DNA of 32,000 nucleotides from Edaphobacter aggregans (GTDB lineage: Bacteria > Acidobacteriota > Terriglobia > Terriglobales > Acidobacteriaceae): the NCBI RefSeq assembly GCF_003945235.1, contig NZ_RSDW01000001.1, positions 1,140,001 through 1,172,000 on the forward strand. Reading direction: 5' to 3'. The notes beneath the pieces are model-generated. The model worked only from the letters and a program-made list of their open reading frames with translations, searched no databases and had not been told where the DNA came from. A program made the position numbers and the translations under genes. Numbering within the stretch: the stretch's first letter is position 1; each line of letters opens with the position of its first letter. Shown in pieces: positions 9,013 through 18,828 of this stretch.

Positions 9013-10170
9013 CTACCCTCTGCTAGGAGCCTTCCCCAGCAGCTCCCTCGCAATCACCATCCGCTGAATCTCGCTCGTCCCCTCGCCAATCGGACACAGC
9101 CGCACATCCCGGTAAAACTTCTCCGCTGGATAGTCCTTGATAAACCCATACCCCCCATGAATCTGCACGCCCTCATCGCAGATTCTGCAAGCCGCCTCGC
9201 TCGCATACAGCTTCGCCATGGCCGACTCCATCGTCACCTTTTGCCCCGCGTCCTTCATCTTCGCCGCGCGCATCGTCAGCAACCAAGCCGCATCCAGCTC
9301 GGTAGCCATATCCGCAAACTTGAACTGAATCCCCTGAAACTCACTGATCGTCTTCCCAAACTGCCGCCTCTCCAGCGCGTACTTCCTCGCCGAATCCAAA
9401 GCCCCCCTCCCAATTCCCAGACTCAGCGCCGCAATCGAAATCCTCCCACCATCCAGCACCCTCATAGCATCCTTGAACCCATCGCCAATCTTTCCAACAA
9501 GGTTCTCCTCCGGTATCTCGCACTCTTCAAAGATCAGTTCCGCCGTATCGCTCGCCCGCAACCCCAGCTTGTTCTCCTTCTTCCCCGGCCGAAACCCCTT
9601 AGTACCCTTCTCCACCACAAACCCCGAGATCCCCCCGCGCGTCCCCTTCTCTTTATCCGTCACCGCCATCACCACCGCACAGTTCGCATACGTCCCATTC
9701 GTGATGAACGTCTTCGAACCATTCAGCACCCACTTATCCCCACGCTTCACGGCAGTCGTGCGAGCCCCACCCGCATCCGACCCAGACCCCGGCTCCGTCA
9801 AACCCCACGCCCCTAGCCACTCCCCACTCGCCAGCTTCGGAATCCACCGCTTCCGCTGCTCGTCATTCCCCGCCAGCATAATGTGATTCGTGCAAAGCGA
9901 ATTATGTGCGGCGACAATAATCCCCACGCTCCCATCCACCCGCGACAGCTCCTCAATCGCCAGCACATACTCCACATACCCCATCCCCGCGCCACCCAGC
10001 GACTCCGGAAAGATCACCCCCAGCAAACCCATCTCTCCGAGCTTCTTCACCACCGCATGAGGAAACTCGCTCTTCTCATCCCACTCCATCACATGCGGAG
10101 CGATCTCCCGCTCAGCAAACGCCCGCACTTCCTTCCGCAACTGCTCCTGATCATCCGTCAATCCAAACAT
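9013..10170 (-). CDS. Acyl-CoA dehydrogenase (short/medium-chain type)
   Basis: 385 aa with typical ACAD motifs ([15 protein letters not shown], catalytic-region YEGTSEIQ variant [14 protein letters not shown]). Confidence 0.92.
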   Translation of the reverse strand: MFGLTDDQEQLRKEVRAFAEREIAPHVMEWDEKSEFPHAVVKKLGEMGLLGVIFPESLGGAGMGYVEYVLAIEELSRVDGSVGIIVAAHNSLCTNHIMLAGNDEQRKRWIPKLASGEWLGAWGLTEPGSGSDAGGARTTAVKRGDKWVLNGSKTFITNGTYANCAVVMAVTDKEKGTRGGISGFVVEKGTKGFRPGKKENKLGLRASDTAELIFEECEIPEENLVGKIGDGFKDAMRVLDGGRISIAALSLGIGRGALDSARKYALERRQFGKTISEFQGIQFKFADMATELDAAWLLTMRAAKMKDAGQKVTMESAMAKLYASEAACRICDEGVQIHGGYGFIKDYPAEKFYRDVRLCPIGEGTSEIQRMVIARELLGKAPSRG

Positions 10171-10298
10171 CGATCACCCCTCAACTTCATAACTAAAACT
10201 AATAACGCTATCACATAAATGCATACACTGTCTTGATCTGAATGCCAGTCAGTGATGCAGTTTATCCCAGTCGTACAATTCGAGGATGAAGGTCCAGT

Positions 10299-10511
10299 AT
10301 GGCTAAACAGAGAGGGTCTCCCGACCGCCGAGGTATGGGAGCACAGAGCGACTTCATCAGCGAGCAGTTCGTACCAAGTGAAGCGTACAAAGCACAACAG
10401 ATGGCCATGGTTCAGAAGTTACTCGCAGCAGGTGTGAACCCTGAACAAGTAACAAATATGTTCTTCGTTCCATTTGGCCTGCTTTCAGGTGAGAAGCCAA
10501 AAGATAAGTAA
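10299..10511 (+). CDS. Candidate small hypothetical protein (70 aa) in an AT-rich intergenic islet
   Basis: ATG preceded by GAAGG at about -7. By my count, roughly 63% of codons start with a purine. Codon usage is unlike that of the neighbouring genes, and I recognise no homology. Confidence 0.3.
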   Translation: MAKQRGSPDRRGMGAQSDFISEQFVPSEAYKAQQMAMVQKLLAAGVNPEQVTNMFFVPFGLLSGEKPKDK

Positions 10512-10614
10512 CAGACTTGGAGGTGCCCCATTTCATGACGCAGCTTTATCGCGCATGAGTGGGGCATTCGCGCCACGAGCGAACCTTCTTACTTCCCCTC
10601 CGCAAATTTGCGGC

Positions 10615-11769
10615 TTAACCCGCCAAAGCCTGATCCAGGTCGGCCACAATATCCTCCACATCCTCGATCCCGACCGAGATCCGCATCAACCCATCCGTAA
10701 TCCCCAACCTCGCCCGGCCCTCCGCCCCCACAGCCGCATGAGTCATCGTCGCCGGATGACAAATCAGCGTCTCCACCCCACCCAGCGATTCCGCCAGAAA
10801 GCCCAGCTTCAGCCGCTTCGCAAACGCATTCGCCCGCTCCAGCGACCCCAGCTCAATCGAGATCATCGACCCAAACCCACTCTGCTGCCGCTTCGCCAAC
10901 TCGTGCTGCGGATGCTCCACCAACCCCGGATAGAACACCTGCTTTACAGCCGGATGCCCTTTCAAAAACTCAGCAACCACGCGACCGCTCGCATCATGCT
11001 GCTTCATCCGAACCGCCAGCGTCTTCACCCCACGCAGCAGCAGATAGCTCTCAAACGGCGAAAGAATCCCACCCGTGCACTTCTGCACAAACCGGAACCG
11101 CTCCGCCTGCTCCGGCTTCGTGCACACCAGCACCCCGCCTAGTCCATCCGAATGCCCATTCAAAAACTTCGTCGTCGAATGCATCACAATGTCCGCACCC
11201 AGCGCGATAGGCTGCTGTAAATAGGGCGATAAGAAAGTATTATCGACACTCAGCTCCACGCCCTTCGCCTTACAGATATCCGTCACCGCTCGAATATCCG
11301 TAATCGACATCATGGGATTCGTCGGCGTCTCGATATGCACCAGCTTGGTCTCTGGACGAATCGCTGCAGCCACATTCTCCGCCACGCTGCTATCGACATA
11401 CGTGAACGTCAGCCCATAGTTCGTCAGAATCTTGTCGAACGTCCGCGCCGTCCCGCCATACACATTGTCCGAACAGACTACATGGTCGCCCGTCTTCATC
11501 ATCGTGCACAGCGCCGTAATCGCGGCCATACCCGAACCAAACACATGCGCGCTCGTCCCACCCTCCAACGAGCACAAGCTCTCCTCCAGCGCATCCCGAG
11601 TAGGGTTCGTCAGCCTCGCATACTCATGGCCCTTGTTCTCCCCAATCGCCTCCTGCTGATACGTCGACGTCAAATAAATCGGCACATTCACCGCACCCGT
11701 CAGCGGATCCGGAGCCTGCCCATCATGAATCGCCCGCGTCGCAAACCCCATCTTCTTCGCTTCCATCAT
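10615..11769 (-). CDS. Cys/Met-metabolism PLP enzyme (cystathionine gamma-synthase / gamma-lyase family)
   Basis: Motifs FATRAIHDG and STTKFLNGHSD (PLP lysine). The first ATG is at 11769, and the open frame extends to a TTG at 11787. Stop TAA at 10615-10617. Confidence 0.9.
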   Translation of the reverse strand: MMEAKKMGFATRAIHDGQAPDPLTGAVNVPIYLTSTYQQEAIGENKGHEYARLTNPTRDALEESLCSLEGGTSAHVFGSGMAAITALCTMMKTGDHVVCSDNVYGGTARTFDKILTNYGLTFTYVDSSVAENVAAAIRPETKLVHIETPTNPMMSITDIRAVTDICKAKGVELSVDNTFLSPYLQQPIALGADIVMHSTTKFLNGHSDGLGGVLVCTKPEQAERFRFVQKCTGGILSPFESYLLLRGVKTLAVRMKQHDASGRVVAEFLKGHPAVKQVFYPGLVEHPQHELAKRQQSGFGSMISIELGSLERANAFAKRLKLGFLAESLGGVETLICHPATMTHAAVGAEGRARLGITDGLMRISVGIEDVEDIVADLDQALAG

Positions 11770-11797
11770 TCCTCGCTCTTCTCTCAATCTACTGCTT

Positions 11798-12271
11798 CTA
11801 CTTTGCCTTCACCGGAAGCGGCCGTCTCGGCCTTTGTTTAGCCGATATCGACTTGATCACCAACTGGTACGTCACGGCATCATCGAATGGAACCTTCGCC
11901 ATCTTCATCGCAGTCGCCATCAGAGCTTTCACATCGGCCCGATCCAGCGTCGTCTCATCTTTCATACGAATATGCCGCACAGCCGATCCTGCTCCCTGCA
12001 ACAACCCATCAGGATCAGGAAGCTTCACGCCTTGCAGGAAGAACAAAGTCACATACTTCGGGTACACGGCAATAGAGAAGACCCCATCGGATGCTCGCCC
12101 ATTTGGTGAAAACCCACATGCCAAAGCGTTGTAATTGTCATAGACCAGTTCAATCGCGTGCGGCAGACGCTTACGAAGTTTCGCCAAACTCTTTCGAGCG
12201 ACATCCGCAACCTCGGGTGTAAATGCATCCAGAAAGCGATCGAGTTGCTGCTCTGCACTCTCTGTCTTCAT
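11798..12271 (-). CDS. DUF1801-like domain protein
   Basis: 157 aa with GAGGAG 6 nt upstream of the ATG. The pattern (FTPEV...LRK.I....ELVYDNYNAL...YV.L.F..G) matches my recollection of the YdhG/DUF1801 family. Confidence 0.6.
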   Translation of the reverse strand: MKTESAEQQLDRFLDAFTPEVADVARKSLAKLRKRLPHAIELVYDNYNALACGFSPNGRASDGVFSIAVYPKYVTLFFLQGVKLPDPDGLLQGAGSAVRHIRMKDETTLDRADVKALMATAMKMAKVPFDDAVTYQLVIKSISAKQRPRRPLPVKAK

Positions 12272-12297
12272 CGTAATCTCCTCGCTCGCACGCGAAG

Positions 12298-13215
12298 CTA
12301 CCCCAGCAATCCTTTCGACAAATACCGCTCCGCCGAATCCGGAATCACCGTCACCACTCTCTTCCCCGCGCCTAACTCCCGAGCCAGATCAACCGCCGCA
12401 CACACTACCGCCCCGGCACTTGACCCGCCAAAAACCCCCGCCTCAGCCGCCACCCGCTTCACCATCGCAAACGCCGGATCATCCATCACCATCATGACGC
12501 GGTCGCAGACACTGCGGTCAAACGTAGCCGGCACAAACGACACGCCAATCCCCTCCACACGATGCGGCCCCGGCTCTCCACCCTGCAGCACTGAACCCTG
12601 CGTCTCGACCGCGACATTCACCACCCCTGGCCGCATCCGCTTCAAAAACCGCCCAACCCCGGTAAACGTCCCCGCCGACCCAACCCCCGAAACCCACGCA
12701 TCCACTCGTCCATCCATCTGCTCCCAAATCTCAACCGCAGTCGTCTCCTCATGGAAGTCCGGATTCGCAGGATTCTCAAACTGCAACGCCGCAAACGCCC
12801 CCGGAGTCTCCTGCTCGCACTGCAACGCCCGCCGAATCGCGCCCGCCATCCCCTCGGCCTGAGGCGTCCGAATCACCGTCGCACCCAGCCCGCGCATCAG
12901 CATGCACTTCTCTTCCGCAAACTGCTCCGGAACGTACAGCACCACCCTGTAACCGCGATTCACGCCGATCAATGCTAGCCCCACGCCCGTATTGCCCGCC
13001 GTAGCCTCTACAATCGTGCCACCCGACTGCAGTACACCCCGCCGCTCAGCATCCAGAACGATCCCCATCGCAGCGCGGTCCTTCACGCTTCCGCCCGGAT
13101 TCAGATACTCCAGCTTGGCCCAGATCTCCCCGCCGCCCTCCGGCTCTAATCCCACCAGCCGAACCATCGGTGTCTTCCCAACTAAATCAAGAACACTCTC
13201 CGCAACACGCATCAT
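12298..13215 (-). CDS. PLP-dependent cysteine synthase / cystathionine beta-synthase family enzyme (CysK/MccA-like)
   Basis: Motifs KLEYLNPGGSVKDRAA (PLP lysine), TAGNTG and GTGGT-like SGVGSAGTFTG. Its start ATG shares one base with the upstream stop codon. Confidence 0.88.
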   Translation of the reverse strand: MMRVAESVLDLVGKTPMVRLVGLEPEGGGEIWAKLEYLNPGGSVKDRAAMGIVLDAERRGVLQSGGTIVEATAGNTGVGLALIGVNRGYRVVLYVPEQFAEEKCMLMRGLGATVIRTPQAEGMAGAIRRALQCEQETPGAFAALQFENPANPDFHEETTAVEIWEQMDGRVDAWVSGVGSAGTFTGVGRFLKRMRPGVVNVAVETQGSVLQGGEPGPHRVEGIGVSFVPATFDRSVCDRVMMVMDDPAFAMVKRVAAEAGVFGGSSAGAVVCAAVDLARELGAGKRVVTVIPDSAERYLSKGLLG

Positions 13216-14372
13216 CAGGGCCGTGTCCCCGAATTGTTCCCGCCCTGCCCACTCAGCGCAGCGGACCCACCCTTCGCATCCCCCTCCTCGTGCACCTTCG
13301 GATAGTACCCACTCCGCGTCCTCACCGAAAGCCGCCCGAAGTCCTTCGACTTTGCATCCACATGCACCTGCCTGTACCCGCCCAGCGTTGGCGACTTCGT
13401 CGAGTGATACGCAATCGTGTACTGCGTGCGAATATCCTGCGCCACCTCCGCCGCAATCGCATCCACTTCCTTCAACGACCGCGGAAAATAAGCCGCCCCA
13501 CCCGTCTGCTCACTCAGCGTCTCCAGCACTCTCTTCGCATGCCTCGACTCGCGCTTATCCGTATCCTCGCCAAACAGCAACCCTACCGAGTAGATCACCG
13601 GCCCATCTAGATCCTGAATCCTCCGGATCGCCTGCTCCAGCGACGCGCTCGAAGCATTGTCCTCGCCATCCGTGATCACCAGCAGCACCTGCTTCGGATG
13701 CTTCGCATTCTTCGTCAGATAATCCGCAGAAGCCACCAGCGCATCGTAGATCGCCGTCCCCCCGCTCGACTTGATATACCCCAGGCCCTCCTCAAGCTTC
13801 CGGATGTCGCTCGTGAAGTCCTGGTCGATGAACGCCTCCCACGAGAAGTCCACCACAAACGCCTCGTCATCATGATTCGAAAGCCTCACAAAGTCGAGCG
13901 CAGCCTTCTCCACCGCCGCCCGCTTGTCATACATCGACCCTGAACTATCGATCAATATCCCCAGCGATACCGGCAAATCCTCATGCCGAAACGAAGCAAT
14001 CGTCTGCGGAACCCCATCCTCATACACACGGAAGGCGTCTTTGCCGAGCGTCTGAATCGACTTCCCGCTCCCATCAAATACTGAAGCATTCAGCCGTACT
14101 TCGTACGCGTCCGTACGCAGCGTGTACTTCCCCCCTGCGCCCTTCGAAATCGGCCCCAGCCCAATTCCCTGCGGAGCGCCCGTGGCAGGCTGTGGCGGCG
14201 GATCGACATCCGGCGAAGCCACAGGATCGCGATCCACCGTAAGTGGTGGCTGAGCTGTAGAGGGAGCAGTCTGCTGTGCCGCAAGTTGCTGCACCCCGCT
14301 CACGCTGCAGGAAACCAGTATCAATAATCCCGCTACCACCAGCGGCGAAAATCCCTTACTGCGAAGGTGCAT
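13215..14372 (-). CDS. VWA domain-containing protein, acidobacterial type, probable lipoprotein
   Basis: Signal peptide with a lipobox-like LVSC. MIDAS motif DSSGSM, VITDGEDN, and a C-terminal RSGYYPK tail. Confidence 0.85.
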   Translation of the reverse strand: MHLRSKGFSPLVVAGLLILVSCSVSGVQQLAAQQTAPSTAQPPLTVDRDPVASPDVDPPPQPATGAPQGIGLGPISKGAGGKYTLRTDAYEVRLNASVFDGSGKSIQTLGKDAFRVYEDGVPQTIASFRHEDLPVSLGILIDSSGSMYDKRAAVEKAALDFVRLSNHDDEAFVVDFSWEAFIDQDFTSDIRKLEEGLGYIKSSGGTAIYDALVASADYLTKNAKHPKQVLLVITDGEDNASSASLEQAIRRIQDLDGPVIYSVGLLFGEDTDKRESRHAKRVLETLSEQTGGAAYFPRSLKEVDAIAAEVAQDIRTQYTIAYHSTKSPTLGGYRQVHVDAKSKDFGRLSVRTRSGYYPKVHEEGDAKGGSAALSGQGGNNSGTRP

Positions 14373-15402
14373 AGTACCCCTGGCGATTGTGTACCGTCAG
14401 CGGAGGAAGCCCCGGTGGCGGCACCAGCCGTATCTTCAATTTACGCCAGTTCCCATCCCGCTTCACTTCCGACGGCCTATACCCGATAAGGTACTCATTC
14501 CGCAGCTCCGCGCTAATTCGCGAAGCGATATCTCCCAAATCTCCGATATCCATCACGCGGAACAGCCGCCCTCCCGTCATCTCGCAGATATCGGTCAGCA
14601 GCAGCGGCCCCAGCTGTTCTTCCTGCGTCGGCGCATACTGGTCGAAGATCCCGATCGAGTAGATCTGCACATCGCTCTCTCGCACAATCCGGCGCAGCTC
14701 GCCTTCCGTATACCGGCTCCGGTTGTCTCCGCCATCGGAGACGATCAGCAGCGCCTTCCGGTCGTACTTTCCCTGCCGCAGCTTGTTCACCGCCAGGTAC
14801 ACCGCGTCGATCAGTGCCGTCCGATTCTCCGGCTTCAGCATCACCATCCGCGCCTCAACATCATCTACATCGGAGGTGTAGTCCACAATCACCGCAGGCC
14901 TGTCGTTGAACCCCACCACAAAAAACTCATCCAGCGGATTCGATGTCCTCAAAAATTCGCTCAACGCCTTCCGCGCTCGCGCAAACTTCGACGTCATGCT
15001 TCCGCTCAGGTCAAACACAATCCCGATCGTCACCGGAGCATCTTCCGTCGAAAAGCTCTTGATCACCTGACCAACGTTGTTGTCGTAGACCTCGAAGTTT
15101 TCTTTCTCGAGCCCAGTGACCAGCCGGTTCATCGGATCCGTCACCGTCGCCGGCACCAGCACCAGGTTCACATCCACGCGAATCCGAGCATCCCGCCGCG
15201 AAGTCGCCAGCGCGGCAGCATTCTCCGCTCCCTCAATCACCGGCTTCGAATCCTCCGGCGTCTTCGGTGGAGGAGGTGGAGGCTGCGTATGCACCTCACC
15301 CAGAGGGTTCTCCTGCGCCCACCCGACGCCAATACCAACACCTGCCCACAACCCGGCGCAGACCGTCACCATTACAAGCGTCCGGATCGCCCGCGTCCCC
15401 AT
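14356..15402 (-). CDS. VWA domain-containing protein, acidobacterial type (paralog of the downstream gene)
   Basis: The ATG at 15402 gives the signal peptide MGTRAIRTLVMVTVCAGLWAGVGIGVGWAQ; alternative starts lie at 15438 and 15495. MIDAS DLSGSM, VSDGGDN and a C-terminal RQGYYAPSQ tail. It overlaps the next gene by 17 nt. Confidence 0.85.
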   Translation of the reverse strand: MGTRAIRTLVMVTVCAGLWAGVGIGVGWAQENPLGEVHTQPPPPPPKTPEDSKPVIEGAENAAALATSRRDARIRVDVNLVLVPATVTDPMNRLVTGLEKENFEVYDNNVGQVIKSFSTEDAPVTIGIVFDLSGSMTSKFARARKALSEFLRTSNPLDEFFVVGFNDRPAVIVDYTSDVDDVEARMVMLKPENRTALIDAVYLAVNKLRQGKYDRKALLIVSDGGDNRSRYTEGELRRIVRESDVQIYSIGIFDQYAPTQEEQLGPLLLTDICEMTGGRLFRVMDIGDLGDIASRISAELRNEYLIGYRPSEVKRDGNWRKLKIRLVPPPGLPPLTVHNRQGYYAPSQ

Positions 15403-15738
15403 CGACCACCGTTGCTGCCTACTTTTGCCTCTCCGCATAAAGGGCCCTGCACCTTCTTTGCGACCTGACCCGCCTCTTCCGCAAGCATCGCACACTGACC
15501 TGAAAAGTCTGCATACTATCAGGTTCCGCAGATTAACATCTATGGCCCAACATCTATCAACGTCCCCGAATGATAGACCTCTTCAAGACCCCATTTGTCA
15601 TCCGAATGTCACAACCTCATTCCGTTCCGTTGGATGCAAAGTCTTTAGCGATGTGTGCCTCACTTCCTCCGCCTATCTCGTTCCGTCTATGACCCGTACA
15701 ATCACTCCAGACCACTCGTCCGGAGAGATCAAAAAAGC

Positions 15739-17094
15739 ATGGCTCGCATCTACCCCTTCCGCGCCTTTCGTTACGATCCCGCCCGCGTCAACATGGAAGA
15801 CGTCGTCACCCAGCCCTACGACAAAATCACCCCCGCCATGCAGGATCGCTACTACGAGGCCAGCCCCTACAACCTCATCCGCGTCATCCTCGGCAAGCAC
15901 TTCCCCACCGACAACGAGCAGGAGAACGTTTACACACGCGCCGCCGATACCCTCCGCGACTGGCGTAAGCAGCACATCCTCGCCGAAGAGTCCGAGCCCG
16001 CCCTCTACGGCTACTCCCAAACCTACACCGTCCCCCACACCGACGAGGTCCGCGAGCGCCGTGGCTTCATCGCCCTCGGGCACCTCTACGACTACGCCGA
16101 CAAGGTCGTCTACCGCCACGAGCAGACCTTCCCCAAGCACAAATCCGATCGCATGAGCCTCTTCAAGGCCACCCGCGCCTACTGCGAGCAGATCTACATG
16201 CTCTACTCCGACCCCGCCTTCACCGCCGAAAAACTCATCTTCGGCGCAAAAGGCCCCAACGGCTTCGACGACAACCCCGCCGACCTCTCCATCACCGACG
16301 AGTACGGCGTCGTCCACCGCGTCTGGAAGCTCACCGATCCCCACCTCATCAACCTCATCGTCACCGCCATGGCCGACAAGAAGCTCATCATCGCCGACGG
16401 CCACCACCGCTACGAAACCTCCGTCGCCTACGCTAAGGAGCGCAGCGCCCAGCTCAAGCTTCCCCTCAACCACCCCATCGACCCCGACCATCAGCTCCCC
16501 ACCGGCCATCTCCCCACCCCGGCCTTCCCCGAAGCCGCCATGATGATGACCTTCGTCAACATGGACGCCCCCGGCATCACCATCCTCCCCACCCACCGCG
16601 TCGTCCACGGCCTCGAAGGCTTCAGCTCGCCCGACTTCATCACCCGTGCCAGCGCCTACTTCAACATCAAGGAACTCGACACCCCCGACCTCGACGCCCT
16701 CAACGACACCAAAGGCACCGCCTTCCTCGCCGCGACCGGCGACGGCAACTACCTCTTAACCCCGAAATCCGAAGTCATCGCTGCCGCCCTAAGCGACCTT
16801 CCCGTCCGCCAGCGCCAACTCGACGTAGTCCAGCTCCACCGCATCATCCTCGACAAGCTCCTCGGCCTCGACCAGGAAACGATCACCCGCCTAGGCAACG
16901 TCCGCTACATCCGCGAAGCCGATGAAGCCGTCGGCCTGGTCTCCAGCGGCGAGGCCGACATAGCCTTCCTTATCAAACCCACCACCCTCGACCAGCTCAA
17001 AGACGTCTCCCTCTCCGGCGACGTCATGCCCCAAAAATCCACCGACTTCTACCCCAAACTCCTAAGCGGCCTGGCCATCTACGCCCTCGACTAA
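15739..17094 (+). CDS. DUF1015 domain-containing protein
   Basis: The family-typical N-terminus MARIYPFRAFRY follows GGAGAG at -12. The IADGHHRYE motif is present. The ORF-track start at 15655 lies upstream of this conserved N-terminus. Confidence 0.8.
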   Translation: MARIYPFRAFRYDPARVNMEDVVTQPYDKITPAMQDRYYEASPYNLIRVILGKHFPTDNEQENVYTRAADTLRDWRKQHILAEESEPALYGYSQTYTVPHTDEVRERRGFIALGHLYDYADKVVYRHEQTFPKHKSDRMSLFKATRAYCEQIYMLYSDPAFTAEKLIFGAKGPNGFDDNPADLSITDEYGVVHRVWKLTDPHLINLIVTAMADKKLIIADGHHRYETSVAYAKERSAQLKLPLNHPIDPDHQLPTGHLPTPAFPEAAMMMTFVNMDAPGITILPTHRVVHGLEGFSSPDFITRASAYFNIKELDTPDLDALNDTKGTAFLAATGDGNYLLTPKSEVIAAALSDLPVRQRQLDVVQLHRIILDKLLGLDQETITRLGNVRYIREADEAVGLVSSGEADIAFLIKPTTLDQLKDVSLSGDVMPQKSTDFYPKLLSGLAIYALD

Positions 17095-17130
17095 CCGAAA
17101 AGGCAGCCGCCACACCAAGAGGCAGCTGCT

Positions 17131-17306
17131 GTTGCCCTTGCTGTTGCCCATGCTTTTCTTGTTTGTCACCCCCGAAAGGGAATCTGCTTCTGTACTTGCC
17201 CTTGCTTCTAGGTACCCCGAGGCTTCAGCCTCGGGTCTCTCAGCCGCCGCCGAAAGGCGGCCACCGCCCTGCCGAAGGCCGGAGCGAAGTCCGAAGGACG
17301 AAGCGA
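17131..17306. repeat. Intergenic multi-hairpin repeat element (REP/MITE-like)
   Basis: Three copies of TTGCCCWTGCT (17131-17154 in tandem, plus 17195-17206). Hairpins CCCGAGGC-TTCA-GCCTCGGG (17216-17235) and GCCGCC-GAAA-GGCGGC (17246-17261). CCGAA(A)GG occurs four times (17172, 17250, 17272, 17291). Confidence 0.55.
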
Positions 17307-17388
17307 CTGAATCATTAGCCGTAACCACCCCAGACAATTTGCCTTCCCTCACCACCCCGTTACAATCAAATCGCATCTCCCCAAACCC

Positions 17389-18192
17389 GTGACCCCAAGC
17401 CGCAACCCAATCCTCAAGGCCGCGACCCATTGCCTCCTCGCCCTAATCGCCATAACGTCGCACGCCCAGACGCCAACACTCCAAGCCACCCCAGCACCCG
17501 CAGGCCCCACCCAAAGAGATCAATCTTTCTACGTACCGCAGCTCCCCAAACCAGCCCCCACCCTTTACCGCAACCTCATCTTCCTCGATCCCGCCCACGG
17601 AGGCGCCGACACCGGAGCCAGCCTCCCCAATAATCTCCTCGAAAAAGACATCACCCTGGCCCTCGCCTCCCGCATCAAAACCCTCCTCACCGCCGCCGGC
17701 TTCACCGTCATCACCTCCCACGAGACCGACACCGATCTCACCACCGACCAGCGTGCCGAGATCGCCAACCACGCCCGCCCCGCCGTCTGCCTGATCCTCC
17801 ACGCCAACTCCACCGGCACCGGAGTCCACATCATCACCTCCGCTCTCACGCCCGCAGACGACCCCACCGCCACTCCCCGCATTCTCCACTGGGACACTGC
17901 CCAGACCTACACCCTCCCGCAAAGCCTCCGCGTCGCCAACCAGATCGGCCTGGCCTTCGTTGACGCCAAACTCCCCGTCATCCTCGCCCGAGCCACCGTC
18001 CCTCCCCTCAACAACCTCACCTGCCCCGCCGTAGCCATCGAGCTAGCCCCCAACCCCAACGGCTCAGCCTCCACTCCCGCCAGCGACACCACCTACCAGC
18101 AACAGGCAGCTCAGGCCATCGCGACCGCCCTCACCACCTGGCGAACCCGCAACGCCCCACCCCCTTCAACCACCACCGGAGCCCCCCGATGA
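17389..18192 (+). CDS. N-acetylmuramoyl-L-alanine amidase (Amidase_3 / AmiC-like), secreted
   Basis: GTG start and a signal peptide ending in AQ. Motifs IFLDPAHGGADTGA and ILHANS are typical of the family. Confidence 0.85.
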   Translation: MTPSRNPILKAATHCLLALIAITSHAQTPTLQATPAPAGPTQRDQSFYVPQLPKPAPTLYRNLIFLDPAHGGADTGASLPNNLLEKDITLALASRIKTLLTAAGFTVITSHETDTDLTTDQRAEIANHARPAVCLILHANSTGTGVHIITSALTPADDPTATPRILHWDTAQTYTLPQSLRVANQIGLAFVDAKLPVILARATVPPLNNLTCPAVAIELAPNPNGSASTPASDTTYQQQAAQAIATALTTWRTRNAPPPSTTTGAPR

Positions 18193-18818
18193 TCCCCCGC
18201 TACCAGCGCATTCTCTTCTGGAGCCTTGTCGGCGGCATCGCTCTCATGGCGGCCTTCCTCCTCCACGGCTGCCAGCAGGCCCACAAGCGCCTCACCTCCC
18301 TCAACGACGCCACCCCCATCGCCGCCCCCACCACCGCCAGCACTGAAGAAGTCGCCCTCTACCTCGCCAACGACGCCGAAGCCACCATCACCTCCACCCG
18401 CGACCAGGTCGCACTCCCGCAAGACCCAACCCTCCGCGCCCGCGCCCTCCTCGAACACCTCCTCGCCCAATACTCCAAACCCGACTCCACCCACCCCCTC
18501 CAACCCGGCCCGGCCATCGACGACGTATTCCTCCTCACCAACCCCGATCCCACCATCCCCGGTCAGTTAGCCGTCATCAACCTCCACAGCGCATTCGTCG
18601 ACAACCACCCCTCCGGCATCCTGACCGAAAACCTCACCATTCAGTCCATCGTCGGGACCCTTCACGCCGCCCTCCCGCAGATCACCCAGATCCGCTTCCT
18701 CGTCGACGGCCAGCCCCGCGACACCCTCGCCGGCCACGCCGACCTCCGCGCCTCTTACCCTGCCACTGACACCACCACCAAACCCGTCCAACCCACCGAA
18801 GAAGCCACAGAACCATAA
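18189..18818 (+). CDS. GerMN domain-containing protein (membrane-anchored)
   Basis: Its ATG overlaps the amidase stop (ATGA). N-terminal TM helix, then a GerMN-like core (VALYLAN...LPQDP..RARALLEHLL...IRFLVDGQPRDTLAGHADL). Confidence 0.7.
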   Translation: MIPRYQRILFWSLVGGIALMAAFLLHGCQQAHKRLTSLNDATPIAAPTTASTEEVALYLANDAEATITSTRDQVALPQDPTLRARALLEHLLAQYSKPDSTHPLQPGPAIDDVFLLTNPDPTIPGQLAVINLHSAFVDNHPSGILTENLTIQSIVGTLHAALPQITQIRFLVDGQPRDTLAGHADLRASYPATDTTTKPVQPTEEATEP

Positions 18819-18828
18819 CCAACCCAAA

